Part shown: positions 19,409 through 29,705 of the stretch, one piece after another | Numbering within the stretch: the stretch's first letter is position 1 | Layout of the letters: each line of letters opens with the position of its first letter | Assembly: GCA_965215565.1 (NCBI GenBank) | Contig: CBDCDZ010000004.1 | Location: 4,192,001 to 4,256,000 of the forward strand | Length of the DNA: 64,000 nt | DNA from: Trueperaceae bacterium | GTDB lineage: Bacteria > Deinococcota > Deinococci > Deinococcales > Trueperaceae | Reading direction: 5' to 3' | Program-made: the position numbers and the translations under genes | Notes under the pieces: model-generated | Told to the model about the DNA's origin: nothing | Databases searched by the model: none | The model's input: only the letters and a program-made list of their open reading frames with translations

Positions 19409-22042
19409 GTGCGCACCCTCATGTACTCCCTTCTCATCAGCTTATTTTTCCTCCCCCACGCATTAGCGACGCAAGAGGTCACTGCGCCCCGCGTGCGCGT
19501 GCTCTTCGAGGACCCTGCTTTAGAACCTTTCGCCCAGCGCGTCGCCGCCGAAGCGGAACGGGCGCTGGACGTGCTCGTCCCACTTTTTGACTTCGCCCCG
19601 GGTACCATCACCCTGACGATTGACCCCACCACAGACGTGTATAACGCCACCGCGTTCGCGCTGCCTCGCCCGAAAGTTGCGCTCCGCGCCCTCTTTCCTA
19701 ACGACGTGAATTTGGGCTACCGCACCGAGGATGACCTCACGCTTTTGCTCCTCCACGAACTCACGCACAACCTTCAGCTCAGCTACAACGCGCGCCCTGA
19801 GGGAATATCCGGTGGGCTCGGCGCGCTGCCGCGCCTCGGGCTCGTCGGTGAGACGCTCGCCGCCGTACCTCCGCCTTGGCTCATCGAGGGGTTAGCCGTG
19901 TGGGTGGAGAGCGAGTTCACGTCAGGCGGACGCTTAGGCGACGCGCTCACCACGGGGCTGGTGCGGAGCGCGTCGTTAGGGGAGCACCCCTCCCTCAGCG
20001 ACGTGAGCTTGTCCACCTACAGCGCGTGGCCCGGTGGCGCGGCGCGCTACCTCTACGGGGCGGAATTCACCGGTTATCTGATCGAGCAGCACGGGTTCGA
20101 GGCGATTCTAAAAACGCTGCGCACCTACAACGAGGGTGGCTTCTTCACCCCTTTCGCGGATGCGTGGCAGGAGGCTATAGGCACCTCTTTAACGGACGAG
20201 TGGGCGGCGTGGTGGGCGTCGGTGGAAGAGGTGGCGGCGGCAGAAGCTGACGAGGTTCACGCAGGACGCACCCTCACCGAGACGAACTGGTACACGCGCG
20301 CCCCCACACTGAACCCTGCGGGCACGCAGCTCGCCTGGGTCTCGTGGCCCCCCGCTGTCAACGTCGCTGACTTTATAGACGGCAGAACCATGAATGGGCG
20401 CGAGCTTATCGCCGACAGGCTGCCGAGCACGCTGGCGTGGTTGGACGCGCGGACGCTTCTCTACGCCAGAGCGGTGCGCCGCCCCGGAAGCGAGTTCTCT
20501 GAGCTGTTCGCGCTAGACGTGGTGACGGGCCAAGAGACGCAGTTGACCGAGGGCGCGCGGGCGCAGTTCCCCGCGCCGATGCCGGACGGGTGTGTCTTAT
20601 ACATCTACGATATCGTGACCGAGCCTTCGCAGGTGCGGCGCTGGTGTGAAGGGGAGACTGAAACGCTTGACGTGTTGTGGCGTGCGCCCGGCGGTGAGCA
20701 CGTCGTAGGACTCGCTGTAAGTGACGCGGGGCGCGTGGCGCTCAGCGTGTGGCGCGGCGGCTTCGTGGACCTCGCGGTGTTAGAAGCGGGGCGGCTGCGT
20801 TACCTCACGCAAGACGCCGCGCAGGATTTGGACCCCGCCTGGCGCGGCGAGACCGCGCTCGTATTTCGTTCGGACAGGGGAACGCATAGGGGAGAGGTCT
20901 ACGAGCTTTACAATCTGGAACTGTCTAGCCAAACGCTGACTCGTTTGACGCAGACGGTGGGCGGCGCGTTCGACCCGGAGGTCGCCGAAGCGGGGCTGCT
21001 CTACACCCAACTCGGCAAACAAGGCTATAACCTCGCATTTTTGAGTGAACCTTTAGAGGTCTCGGTGCCGCTCACGCGCGAACCTCTACCCGAGAAACGG
21101 CTCGAGCCAATCCAAACTTTCCCCGTGCACGATTACTCTCCGCTCCCCAGCTTGCTCCCTTATGGCTGGCTGCCGACGAGCGGTGGCGTGTCGGTCTCGC
21201 CTTTGAACGTGGCGGCGAGCGCGGCGGTGTTGGGGCAGGACGACAGCGGCGCGCATAACTACGCCCTCACGCTAGGGTTGAACAGCAGCCTCGCGGGAAC
21301 GCCTCTAGGTCTCTATTCGAATCTTCGCTACGCCTACGGCGAGGGCGGACTTTTGGAAGCGCAGCAACCCCTGAGCTTCGGCGTACAAGCCGGGTTGTGG
21401 CCCCACAGCCCTCATTTGGGAAGGACGGAAGAGGTAGTTATGGGCGTGCGAGGTGACGTGTCGGCGCGGCTACCTTTGGACCAGTGGGTAGGCTACGTTG
21501 GCGTTAGGGCGGGCGGGGTGCGCTTGCCCTCGCGTGGCGATGTTCAGTTTGACGGACGTATCGACGCCTCGCTCTCACAGCAGCGTACCGACAGGTGGGG
21601 CTACCGCACGCGGGGACCGCGCTTTGGCGCGTCGGGTGTCTGGAGCGCCACACCGACGGACCCGTCGCTCGGCGCTTGGCTCGACGCCACCTACTTCACC
21701 TCGCTGTGGGACGGCACTTTAGAACTTTGGGGTCGCAGTGGCTACCGCCCAGCGAAGGTTATCCCCACCCAAGCCGCTACCGACTTCGGCGCGACCTTTA
21801 CAGTGGGCTACCGGCGCAGCTTACCCCTCCGGCTTCGCTACGGCGACGGGCTCTACGCCGCCGAACGCCTCACGCTCGAGCCGAGGCTGCGCACCTGGGT
21901 GGACTCAGGGTTTCACGTCGGCGCAGACCTCACCCTCTCGCTCGACACGGTTGTCAACTACGGCGCGCCGACGAGCTTGAGCGGGACATTCGGCTACGCT
22001 GACGGGTTTTGGTACAGGTTGGGCTTGAGCTTGCCGCTCTGA
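19409..22042 (+). CDS. Secreted gluzincin peptidase + TolB-like propeller + probable beta-barrel C-terminus
   Basis: HELTH...WLIEGLA; PD40-like repeats (DLDPAW, AFDPEV); alternating beta strands ending WYRLGLSLPL. Confidence 0.75.
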   Translation: MRTLMYSLLISLFFLPHALATQEVTAPRVRVLFEDPALEPFAQRVAAEAERALDVLVPLFDFAPGTITLTIDPTTDVYNATAFALPRPKVALRALFPNDVNLGYRTEDDLTLLLLHELTHNLQLSYNARPEGISGGLGALPRLGLVGETLAAVPPPWLIEGLAVWVESEFTSGGRLGDALTTGLVRSASLGEHPSLSDVSLSTYSAWPGGAARYLYGAEFTGYLIEQHGFEAILKTLRTYNEGGFFTPFADAWQEAIGTSLTDEWAAWWASVEEVAAAEADEVHAGRTLTETNWYTRAPTLNPAGTQLAWVSWPPAVNVADFIDGRTMNGRELIADRLPSTLAWLDARTLLYARAVRRPGSEFSELFALDVVTGQETQLTEGARAQFPAPMPDGCVLYIYDIVTEPSQVRRWCEGETETLDVLWRAPGGEHVVGLAVSDAGRVALSVWRGGFVDLAVLEAGRLRYLTQDAAQDLDPAWRGETALVFRSDRGTHRGEVYELYNLELSSQTLTRLTQTVGGAFDPEVAEAGLLYTQLGKQGYNLAFLSEPLEVSVPLTREPLPEKRLEPIQTFPVHDYSPLPSLLPYGWLPTSGGVSVSPLNVAASAAVLGQDDSGAHNYALTLGLNSSLAGTPLGLYSNLRYAYGEGGLLEAQQPLSFGVQAGLWPHSPHLGRTEEVVMGVRGDVSARLPLDQWVGYVGVRAGGVRLPSRGDVQFDGRIDASLSQQRTDRWGYRTRGPRFGASGVWSATPTDPSLGAWLDATYFTSLWDGTLELWGRSGYRPAKVIPTQAATDFGATFTVGYRRSLPLRLRYGDGLYAAERLTLEPRLRTWVDSGFHVGADLTLSLDTVVNYGAPTSLSGTFGYADGFWYRLGLSLPL

Positions 22043-22081
22043 ACGAGGTTCAGTTGAAGTCTGCAGAAAATGCAGTGCCGT

Positions 22082-22109
22082 GTAGGGGCAATTCATGAAT
22101 CGCCCCTAA
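22082..22109. repeat. GTAG-type REP-like palindrome
   Basis: GTAGGGGCAATTCATGAATCGCCCCTAA. Confidence 0.75.
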
Positions 22110-22147
22110 GCCGTCGTAAGGGGATACGCGCTTAGGTCAACATGAGG

Positions 22148-23947
22148 CTACGACAGCCGCCTATCTAATTCAAACGCCGCGCTGATAAGCCCCAAATGCG
22201 TAAAGGCTTGCGGGAAGTTGCCGAGCTGCTGCCCGTAAGGACCGATCTCTTCGGAGAAGAGCCCCAAGTGGTTGGCGTAGCCCAAGAACTTGTCGAACAG
22301 GAGCCGCGCCTTTTTGACCTCGCCGGAACGCGCCAAACACTCGATGTACCAGAACGAGCAGATGTTAAAAGTGCCCTCTTTGCCGCGCAGACCGTCGTCC
22401 GTATCGTCGCTGTGATAGCGGTAGACTAAAGACTCGTCCACGAGTTCGTCTTCGATGACGCGCAAGGTAGAGAGCCACTTGGGGTCATTTGGAGAGACGA
22501 ATTTGACTAGGGGCATCAGTAGGCTCGAGGCGTCCACCGCGCGCGAGCCCTTGTACTGCACGAACGCCCCTCTATCCTCGTCCCAGAAGTTCTCGAAAAT
22601 ATCGTAGTAAATCTCGTCTCTGACCTTGTGCCAGCGCTCTAAAGGTGCGGGGAAGGAGCGCTTGTGCGCCAAGCGAAAGCCCCGGTCCACCGCTACCCAA
22701 CACATGAGCCGGGAGTACAGAAACTCCTGCTGACCGCTCCGCACCTCCCAGATGCCGTGGTCCTTGCGCTGCCAATTCTCGCATACCCAGTCGATCATCT
22801 GGATGAGCCGCTGCCACAACTCGAAGGAGATAGGGTCGCCGTATTTGTTATACAGATAAACCGAATCCATCAGCGTGCCGTACACGTCGAGTTGAAGCTG
22901 GTCGTAGGCGCTGTTGCCTAAACGCACGGGCGCGGAGCCCCTGTAGCCCTCCAAATGTGTCAGGTTCTCCTCAGGGATTTCGCGCTCGCCGCCGATGCCG
23001 TAGAGCGCTTGCAACAATCCTTTGTCGCCCCCTTCAGTGTACTCCGCCGCCCGCGCCGAAATCCACCGCATGAAGTCCGCCATCTCGTCTAAGTAGCCGA
23101 GCCTCGAGAGCCCGTAAACCGTAAAAGACGCATCCCGAATCCAGGTGTAGCGGTAGTCCCAGTTGCGCTCGCCCCCCACCTCTTCGGGCAAGCCCATCGT
23201 GGCGGCCGCGACGATGGAGCCCTCTGGCGCGTAAGTGAGGAGCTTTAGAGCCAATGCCGAGCGCCGCATCTCCTCGCGCCAACGCCCCTCATACGTCGAG
23301 CGGTTCACCCACGCCTGCCAGTAGTTGAGCGTGTTCTTAAACGACTCAGAGACGAAGCTCTCGTCTGCGGCGGGCGAGTGTTCGCCCTCTTTCTCCAGTA
23401 CGAACGAGGCTGTTTCTCCGGCTTGCAGGGTGAATTCAGCCGCCGCGTCGTCGCCGTTAAGTTCTAAGTCCAGCGGCGTGCGTAGCAGCAGCGTCAACCC
23501 TTCCGAGCGGAAGCGCACGCCCTCGTCGCACAGCTCCGCCTTGTGGGACGCGCGTGCGTAGTCGAAACGTGGCGCACACAGCAGGCGAAAGCGCATCTCG
23601 CCGCGAATGATCTTCACGCGCCGCACGACGCGGTGGCGGTGCCCCTCCTTGACGGGCATGAAGTCCGAAAGCTCCGCTACGCCCTCTTCGGACAAGAAGC
23701 GCGTCAGGAGGATGTTCGAGTCGGGCAGATAGAGCTGCTTTTTGGTGACGCGCGCCTCTTCCTTCTGGGACAGAAGGGGCTCTACGCAGAAGTGTCCCCC
23801 CTTCTCCGCGTCTAGGAGCGCCGCAAAGACAGTCGGCGAGTCGAAGCGTGGAAACGCCATGTAGTCGAGTGAGCCGCCCTTGCTGACCAGCGCCACCGTG
23901 TGCAAGTCGCCGATAATCCCGTAGTCTTCGATAGGGCGATAGTTCAC
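22148..23947 (-). CDS. Glycoside hydrolase family 15 (trehalase/glucoamylase-like)
   Basis: RNWDYRYTWIRDA, QLQLDVYG, GIWEVR, LGNFPQAFTH. Confidence 0.93.
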   Translation of the reverse strand: MNYRPIEDYGIIGDLHTVALVSKGGSLDYMAFPRFDSPTVFAALLDAEKGGHFCVEPLLSQKEEARVTKKQLYLPDSNILLTRFLSEEGVAELSDFMPVKEGHRHRVVRRVKIIRGEMRFRLLCAPRFDYARASHKAELCDEGVRFRSEGLTLLLRTPLDLELNGDDAAAEFTLQAGETASFVLEKEGEHSPAADESFVSESFKNTLNYWQAWVNRSTYEGRWREEMRRSALALKLLTYAPEGSIVAAATMGLPEEVGGERNWDYRYTWIRDASFTVYGLSRLGYLDEMADFMRWISARAAEYTEGGDKGLLQALYGIGGEREIPEENLTHLEGYRGSAPVRLGNSAYDQLQLDVYGTLMDSVYLYNKYGDPISFELWQRLIQMIDWVCENWQRKDHGIWEVRSGQQEFLYSRLMCWVAVDRGFRLAHKRSFPAPLERWHKVRDEIYYDIFENFWDEDRGAFVQYKGSRAVDASSLLMPLVKFVSPNDPKWLSTLRVIEDELVDESLVYRYHSDDTDDGLRGKEGTFNICSFWYIECLARSGEVKKARLLFDKFLGYANHLGLFSEEIGPYGQQLGNFPQAFTHLGLISAAFELDRRLS

Positions 23948-24066
23948 GCTCTGACTCCGCTAAGTAACTTGAAGAGGTTTGGACTGTTTCTCGTCATCCC
24001 CTACAATAACGCACGCTCACACTGTAAATAGGGGGTAAACAGGGAGCAGCGCCGTATACTCGCCCT

Positions 24067-25083
24067 ATGAACATTCTCGTTTTAGGCGGTACTCACTTTA
24101 TCGGCGCGCACGCAGTCCGGCGGCTCGCTCTGGAGCATGAGGTCACGGTGTTCCATAGAGGTCAAACCGAGGCTGAGTTACCGGAGAGTGTCGAGCATAT
24201 TTACGGAGATAGGAAGAGGTTGAGCGAGTATAAAGAGGTGTTTGCGGAGCTAGGTCCTGACGTCGTTTTAGACACTTTGGCGATGACCGAGGCGGACGCG
24301 GAAGCTGTGGTAGAGGTTTTCCGAGGACTTACGAAACGCTTAGTCGTGTTGAGCAGCGGCGACGTTTACCGCGCGTATGGCAGGCTCATCAAGCAAGACC
24401 CCGGCCCGCCTGACCCCGTACCTCTCACCGAAGATTCGCCGCTCAGAGACGAGCTTTACCCCTACCGCGAGAGCGCAGACGGTCCCGACGACTTCGAATA
24501 CAGCTACGACAAAATTCTAGTCGAGCGCGTCGTGATGGCGCGGCCCGACGAGTTGCCCGCGACTGTGCTCCGCCTACCGATGGTCTTTGGTCCTGGTGAC
24601 TACCAGCACCGCTTGTTCTCTTACCTCAAGCGGATGGACGACGAACGCCCCTTTATTCTGCTCGCTGAGGATTGGGCGCAGGCTCGAGCCTTGCGCGGCT
24701 ACGCCGAAGACATGGCGGAAGCGGTTGCGCTCTGCGTGACGAAAGAAGCGGCGGCGAACCGCATCTATCACGTGGCGTATAGGGAGAACTTCGTGGAAGA
24801 GGTCTGGTTGAACAAGGTTGCCGCAACGGTTGGCTGGCAGGGCGACGTTATCAAAGTTCCGAACGAGGAGCTTCCCGAAGGCTTACAACATCACATGGAT
24901 ATGCGTCAGGATTGGTCCGTGGACTCAGAGCGCATCCGCGCCGAACTCGGCTACGAAGAGGTTGTCCCGCTAGAGGAAGCCTTGCGCCGCACGGTAGCGT
25001 GGGAGCGCGAGCATCCGCCTGAAGTTGACCCGGAGAGGTTCAACTACAAAGCCGAGGATGAGGTGGTTGCGGCTAGAAACTAA
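24067..25083 (+). CDS. NAD-dependent epimerase/dehydratase
   Basis: GGTHFIG, SSGDVY, YDKILVE, LPMVFGPGD. Confidence 0.88.
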   Translation: MNILVLGGTHFIGAHAVRRLALEHEVTVFHRGQTEAELPESVEHIYGDRKRLSEYKEVFAELGPDVVLDTLAMTEADAEAVVEVFRGLTKRLVVLSSGDVYRAYGRLIKQDPGPPDPVPLTEDSPLRDELYPYRESADGPDDFEYSYDKILVERVVMARPDELPATVLRLPMVFGPGDYQHRLFSYLKRMDDERPFILLAEDWAQARALRGYAEDMAEAVALCVTKEAAANRIYHVAYRENFVEEVWLNKVAATVGWQGDVIKVPNEELPEGLQHHMDMRQDWSVDSERIRAELGYEEVVPLEEALRRTVAWEREHPPEVDPERFNYKAEDEVVAARN

Positions 25084-25319
25084 GAGGTGAAGCGGAGGGA
25101 CTCGAGGGTGTATGTTCTAAATTTCACATCCCGCTTCCCTCCGCCCTTTTGTGGACCAATGTAAGGTTTTTGTAGGAGTAGAGGGGTCATACTAACGGTA
25201 GCTTTGAAGTCATTTGAGCTTGTACCGCGCGAATATAATCCCGCGATATGAGTGCTAGTCGACGCTTTATCTACTGAAGGTGTCTGCAACCAATGAGACC
25301 TGCTATACCCGGAGGAACC

Positions 25320-25655
25320 GTGAGAGAAGCTATTCGTAAAGCGATTCAAGATACGGCTGACGAACTCAACCTAGACGTTGCGTTTTCGCTCGGCAGGCGG
25401 CAGACGGATATTTTGGTCATGCACCTTAGAGGCAAGCGCAAGCGTACCCTGGCGTTACCCACCTATATTCTCGACATGTTCCCCGACGTGGACATCGAGT
25501 TTATCCGTTCGGGCAGTACGGGCAGCGAGCATACGCTCACCGCCGTTGTTACGCAGAAACTTTCGGAGCAGTCTACCGAGGTGCAAGAGCGCCGCGCCAA
25601 ACTCCGCTTGCTCCTCACGCAAACGCCGGAGATGCCCTCGCTCAACGCCGATTAA
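25320..25655 (+). CDS. Hypothetical protein
   Basis: GGAGG RBS before GTG at 25320; host-like codon usage. Confidence 0.6.
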   Translation: MREAIRKAIQDTADELNLDVAFSLGRRQTDILVMHLRGKRKRTLALPTYILDMFPDVDIEFIRSGSTGSEHTLTAVVTQKLSEQSTEVQERRAKLRLLLTQTPEMPSLNAD

Positions 25656-25656
25656 A

Positions 25657-25811
25657 GCAGTTCACAGAAGTACTGAGTTGGAATAGCGCTTACGAAGTTT
25701 TGCCCCCGGCAAAAGTCTCAGTTCGAAGAACTAGCGGGATTTCATTCAAGAACGTGCGTGCCCGCCGATGTTCTCTAATGTGGGACTGGCTCAAACCAAA
25801 TGAAGTTCCGC
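25657..25811 (-). repeat. Family A repeat (subfamily shared with 46857-46963) with internal insert
   Basis: GCAGTTCACAGAAGTACTGA...GGCTCAAACCAAATGA matches the reverse complement of 46857-46963. Confidence 0.8.
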
Positions 25812-25900
25812 TAGGCTCCGCCTGAGACTTGCTATAGCCCGAGTACACGAACGTTCAGCCTCCACCTTCTTGTTATAACGAACGCGGGAAGGTGACTTTT

Positions 25901-26923
25901 ATGCCTCAAACGGAAAACACGCAAATTTTACTCTCGAGCCGCCCTCAAGGTTGGGTCACGCGCGAGAATTTCGAGACCGTCCGAAAGGACATCCCGGAGG
26001 TTCGAGCGGGTCAGATCGTGGTGCGCAATCTCTGGCTCTCGCTAGACCCCTACATGCGCGGGCGGATGAACGACGCGAAGTCCTATGTGCCGCCCTTTGA
26101 AGTTGGTGAGGTCTTGCAGGGTCAAGCGGTGGCGGAAGTCGTGGCGTCAAAGCATGAGAAGTTCGCCGAGGGCGACTTCGTGACGGGCATGTTCGGGTGG
26201 GAGAACTATACGCGCTCAAATGGGGAGGGGGTGCGCAAGGTGGAGCGGGGCGGCGTTCCCCTTTCGTACTACCTGAGCATCTTAGGCGTCACCGGGCTTA
26301 CGGCGTACCTCGGGCTGTTCGATATCGGCGGGCTGCAAGCGGGCGAGACGCTGTTCGTATCGGCGGCGGCGGGCGCAGTCGGCAGCGCGGCGGGGCAGAT
26401 GGCCAAGCTTAAAGGGTGCCGCGTCGTCGGCACAGCGGGCTCGGACGAGAAGATCGACTACTTGACGGGTGAGTTAGGCTTCGACGCGGCCTTCAACTAC
26501 AAAACTGCAAAGCTGAGCCGGGCGCTTAAAGAGGGGTGCCCGGACGGAATCGACCTCAACTTCGAGAACGTAGGCGGCGACATCTTAGAGGCGGTCCTAC
26601 CTCGTATGAACGACTTCGGGCGCGTGGCGGTCTGCGGCATGATCGCGCACTACAATGACGAGACGCCGCGCCCCGGTCCGCGCACCTTGCCGCTCGTGAT
26701 CAGCAAGCGGCTCAAGCTGCAAGGCTTCATCGTCTCAGACCACTTAGACCGGATGAAGCCCTTTATCCGGGAGATGAGCGGTTGGATAGCCGAGGGTAAA
26801 GTTGTGCAGCGCGAGAGCGTCGCCGAGGGAATCGAGAGTGCGCCTGAGGCGTTTATCGGGATGCTCAAAGGGGATAAAATCGGCAAGCAACTTGTCAAGG
26901 TCGGCGAGAAGCCGAGTGCGTAG
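25901..26923 (+). CDS. NADP-dependent oxidoreductase (prostaglandin reductase/CurA-like MDR)
   Basis: SLDPYMRGRM, GLTAYLGL, SAAAGAVGS, FENVGG. Confidence 0.92.
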   Translation: MPQTENTQILLSSRPQGWVTRENFETVRKDIPEVRAGQIVVRNLWLSLDPYMRGRMNDAKSYVPPFEVGEVLQGQAVAEVVASKHEKFAEGDFVTGMFGWENYTRSNGEGVRKVERGGVPLSYYLSILGVTGLTAYLGLFDIGGLQAGETLFVSAAAGAVGSAAGQMAKLKGCRVVGTAGSDEKIDYLTGELGFDAAFNYKTAKLSRALKEGCPDGIDLNFENVGGDILEAVLPRMNDFGRVAVCGMIAHYNDETPRPGPRTLPLVISKRLKLQGFIVSDHLDRMKPFIREMSGWIAEGKVVQRESVAEGIESAPEAFIGMLKGDKIGKQLVKVGEKPSA

Positions 26924-26936
26924 GGACGCCTACTCT

Positions 26937-27136
26937 GTAGGGGCAATTCATACAGCAGCAGTTCCACGACACATTGAGACAGTTGAGCGCTTACGAAGTT
27001 TTGCCTTTTGCATCCGCAAAAATTCCATAACCGGCAAGGGTCTCATCCCTTGAAGTGCGTGCTAAACATCGTTTTATAAAGTGAGCGTGTCTCTGACCAG
27101 ATGATACCTGCTACAGTAATAAATATGTGCCCCTAC
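26937..27136. repeat. GTAG REP palindrome split by a family A insertion (26958-27111)
   Basis: GTAGGGGCAATTCA | family A | ...TGCCCCTAC; compare the intact REP at 22082. Confidence 0.75.
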
Positions 27137-27384
27137 ACAGCGCCGCATCGCCTTTCAGTCTTTAGCTAAATCACCCAACCTCTTTTGGGACCTCGAGCAA
27201 AAACACGACGCCCTCAACCTCTTCTCCGCGCTTCATTCGCGTCCTCAACCTCTTTTCACAGGTACACCGTAGCAACCTCCACAACTCGTGATAGACTTGC
27301 GCGTGCAGTCAAATCTGCAACATCGCTGCCGGACAGAAAGAGGGGCTTTGTGGCAAGTTTGCGGAACTATTGCCTCAAAGGTTC

Positions 27385-27460
27385 GCAGATATTATTTCGT
27401 AATACACGTGCTAGTCACTACCTTTTTGACTGAGCGCGTTCATGACCGGATGATACCTGC
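27385..27460 (-). repeat. Family A 76-bp core in the hppA upstream region
   Basis: GCAGATATTATTT...GGATGATACCTGC. Confidence 0.75.
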
Positions 27461-27494
27461 TGCTTTTGTCTGACGATTTTTTAGTGGAGGGTCT

Positions 27495-29615
27495 ATGAGG
27501 TTTTTGATTATTCTGATTCCGCTCTGCGCCGTCGGCGCGCTTGTAGCGGCAGCTTACTTCGCGCGGCGCATCTTAGCCGCCGAGACCGGCAACGCGCGTA
27601 TGGTGGAAATTTCGGACGCCGTCAAGCAGGGCGCGATGGCCTACATGAGCCGCCAGACGCAGACTATCGCAGTGGTCGCGGCGATCATCACCGCGCTCTT
27701 CGCGGTGGTTGCGCTGACTCAGAGCGGCTTCGAGGCGACGCTCTGGTGGTGGACCACGGCGGGCTTCGTCGTCGGGGCGCTCTTTTCAGCGGTGAGCGGC
27801 TACATCGGCATGAATATCGCGGTGAGGACGAACGTGCGTGTGGCGCAGTCGGCGCGGAGTGGGCTTTTAGGGGCGCTCGAGATCGCCTTTAACGGCGGCG
27901 CGGTAGCGGGCTTAGCCGTCGCGGGTTTAGCGCTTCTAGGCGTGAGTGGCTTTTTCTTCCTCTTTTATTCGGTTTTCAATCTGGAGAACCCCGTCGAACC
28001 GCTCGTCGGCTTCGCCTTCGGCGCAAGTTTGATCAGCCTTTTCGCCCGTGTCGGCGGCGGCATCTACACGAAAGCGGCGGACGTGGGCGCGGACCTTGTC
28101 GGTAAAGTCGAAGCGGGCATCCCCGAGGATGACCCACGCAACCCGGCGGTCATTGCGGACAACGTCGGCGACAACGTGGGCGACTGCGCGGGTATGGGCG
28201 CGGACCTCTTCGAGACCTACGCGGTGACAGCCATCGGCGCGGTCTTCTTGGGCTACTTGCTCCCTGGTACGGGCGAAATCACAGCGCTCGTCATCTATCC
28301 TTTGGTCCTCGGCGCGATTGCGATTTTAGCGAGCGTCGCAGGCGTCTTTTTTGTCAAGCTAGACGACGACTTAAACATCATGAAAGCGCTTTATAAGGGT
28401 GTCTTCGTAAGCGCGGGTATCAGCGTGGTGGGCTTCTTCTTAGTTTCCATCATCGCCTTCGCCCGCTTCGACTTTTCGGCAGTCGGGCTCGTCTCCGAAC
28501 TTACCGGGCTCAGCACCTTTCCGCCTACGACGAACTGGTTCACGGTCTTTTTAGCGTCCGTCGTCGGCATGGGCGTGGTGCTCCTCCTCATGTTCATCAC
28601 GGAGTATTACACCTCGACGCGTTACGCTCCCGTGCAACGTGTGGCGCGGGCGTCAGAGACGGGTAGCGCGACGAACATCATCAGCGGTTTAGCCGTCGGG
28701 ATGCAGAGCACCGCTGTGCCCGTGATTATCCTCGCCTTTGCGATTTTCTTCTCCTATCAGCTCGCCGGGCTCTACGGCATCGGCGTCGCGGCGGTCGCGA
28801 TGCTCTCGGTTACGGGCATGATCGTCGCGATGGACACCTACGGCCCCATCACCGACAACGCGGGCGGCATCGCGGAGATGAGCGAGTTGCCCGAAGAGGT
28901 CAGAGAGGTCACGGACGCGCTCGACGCGGTGGGCAACACGACGAAAGCCGTGACAAAAGGTTACGCCATCGGCTCGGCGGCGTTGGCGGCGCTGGTTCTC
29001 TTCGCGGACTACACCTACCGCTTGGACTTAGGCGCGGGCGCGTTCCGTTTGGATGACCCCATCGTGCTCGTCGGGCTCTTCCTCGGCGCGATGTTGCCCT
29101 TTCTCTTTTCGGCGTTCCTCATGGAGTCCGTAGGTAAGGCGGCGGGCAGCGTCATCGAAGAGGTGCGCAGGCAGTTCCGCGATATTCCGGGCATCATGGA
29201 AGGTACTGCGAAACCTGAATACGGCAAAGCGGTCGACATCGTGACCCGCGCCGCCCTTCGTGAGATGGCGCTGCCGGGCATCCTCGCTGTCGTCTCCCCG
29301 CTCATCGTCGGCTTCTTGTTCGGACCACTCGCGCTCGGCGGACTGCTCATCGGCGTCATCGGCAGCGGCTTGATGATGGCTTTGATGATGTCCAATGGCG
29401 GCGGCGCGTGGGACAACGCGAAGAAGTACATCGAGGACGGCAACCACGGCGGCAAAAACAGCGAGGCGCACGCGGCGTCGGTCGTGGGGGACACCGTCGG
29501 TGATCCTTACAAGGACACGGCAGGGCCGTCTATCAACCCGCTCATCAAGGTCATCAACACGGTAGCGCTGATTTTCGCGGGTATTATCGCGAGCGTCGGT
29601 GGGATATTGATGTAG
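27495..29615 (+). CDS. hppA: Membrane H+-translocating pyrophosphatase, K+-independent type
   Basis: [35 protein letters not shown] has the Lys of K+-independent enzymes. Confidence 0.95.
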   Translation: MRFLIILIPLCAVGALVAAAYFARRILAAETGNARMVEISDAVKQGAMAYMSRQTQTIAVVAAIITALFAVVALTQSGFEATLWWWTTAGFVVGALFSAVSGYIGMNIAVRTNVRVAQSARSGLLGALEIAFNGGAVAGLAVAGLALLGVSGFFFLFYSVFNLENPVEPLVGFAFGASLISLFARVGGGIYTKAADVGADLVGKVEAGIPEDDPRNPAVIADNVGDNVGDCAGMGADLFETYAVTAIGAVFLGYLLPGTGEITALVIYPLVLGAIAILASVAGVFFVKLDDDLNIMKALYKGVFVSAGISVVGFFLVSIIAFARFDFSAVGLVSELTGLSTFPPTTNWFTVFLASVVGMGVVLLLMFITEYYTSTRYAPVQRVARASETGSATNIISGLAVGMQSTAVPVIILAFAIFFSYQLAGLYGIGVAAVAMLSVTGMIVAMDTYGPITDNAGGIAEMSELPEEVREVTDALDAVGNTTKAVTKGYAIGSAALAALVLFADYTYRLDLGAGAFRLDDPIVLVGLFLGAMLPFLFSAFLMESVGKAAGSVIEEVRRQFRDIPGIMEGTAKPEYGKAVDIVTRAALREMALPGILAVVSPLIVGFLFGPLALGGLLIGVIGSGLMMALMMSNGGGAWDNAKKYIEDGNHGGKNSEAHAASVVGDTVGDPYKDTAGPSINPLIKVINTVALIFAGIIASVGGILM

Positions 29616-29705
29616 CGCAGTTTATAACTCGAGTTTCCTGCTTTGTATCAAGTCTGGGGTCTGCCTCGTGCAGACCCTTCGTCTTATATCAACGTTCCGA
29701 AAACC

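Noticed and set aside
27288..27473. Family A cores as conserved coding sequence (e.g. ORFs ending DxMIPA)
   Set aside because: Copies contain stops and frameshifts, and variation is not limited to third codon positions
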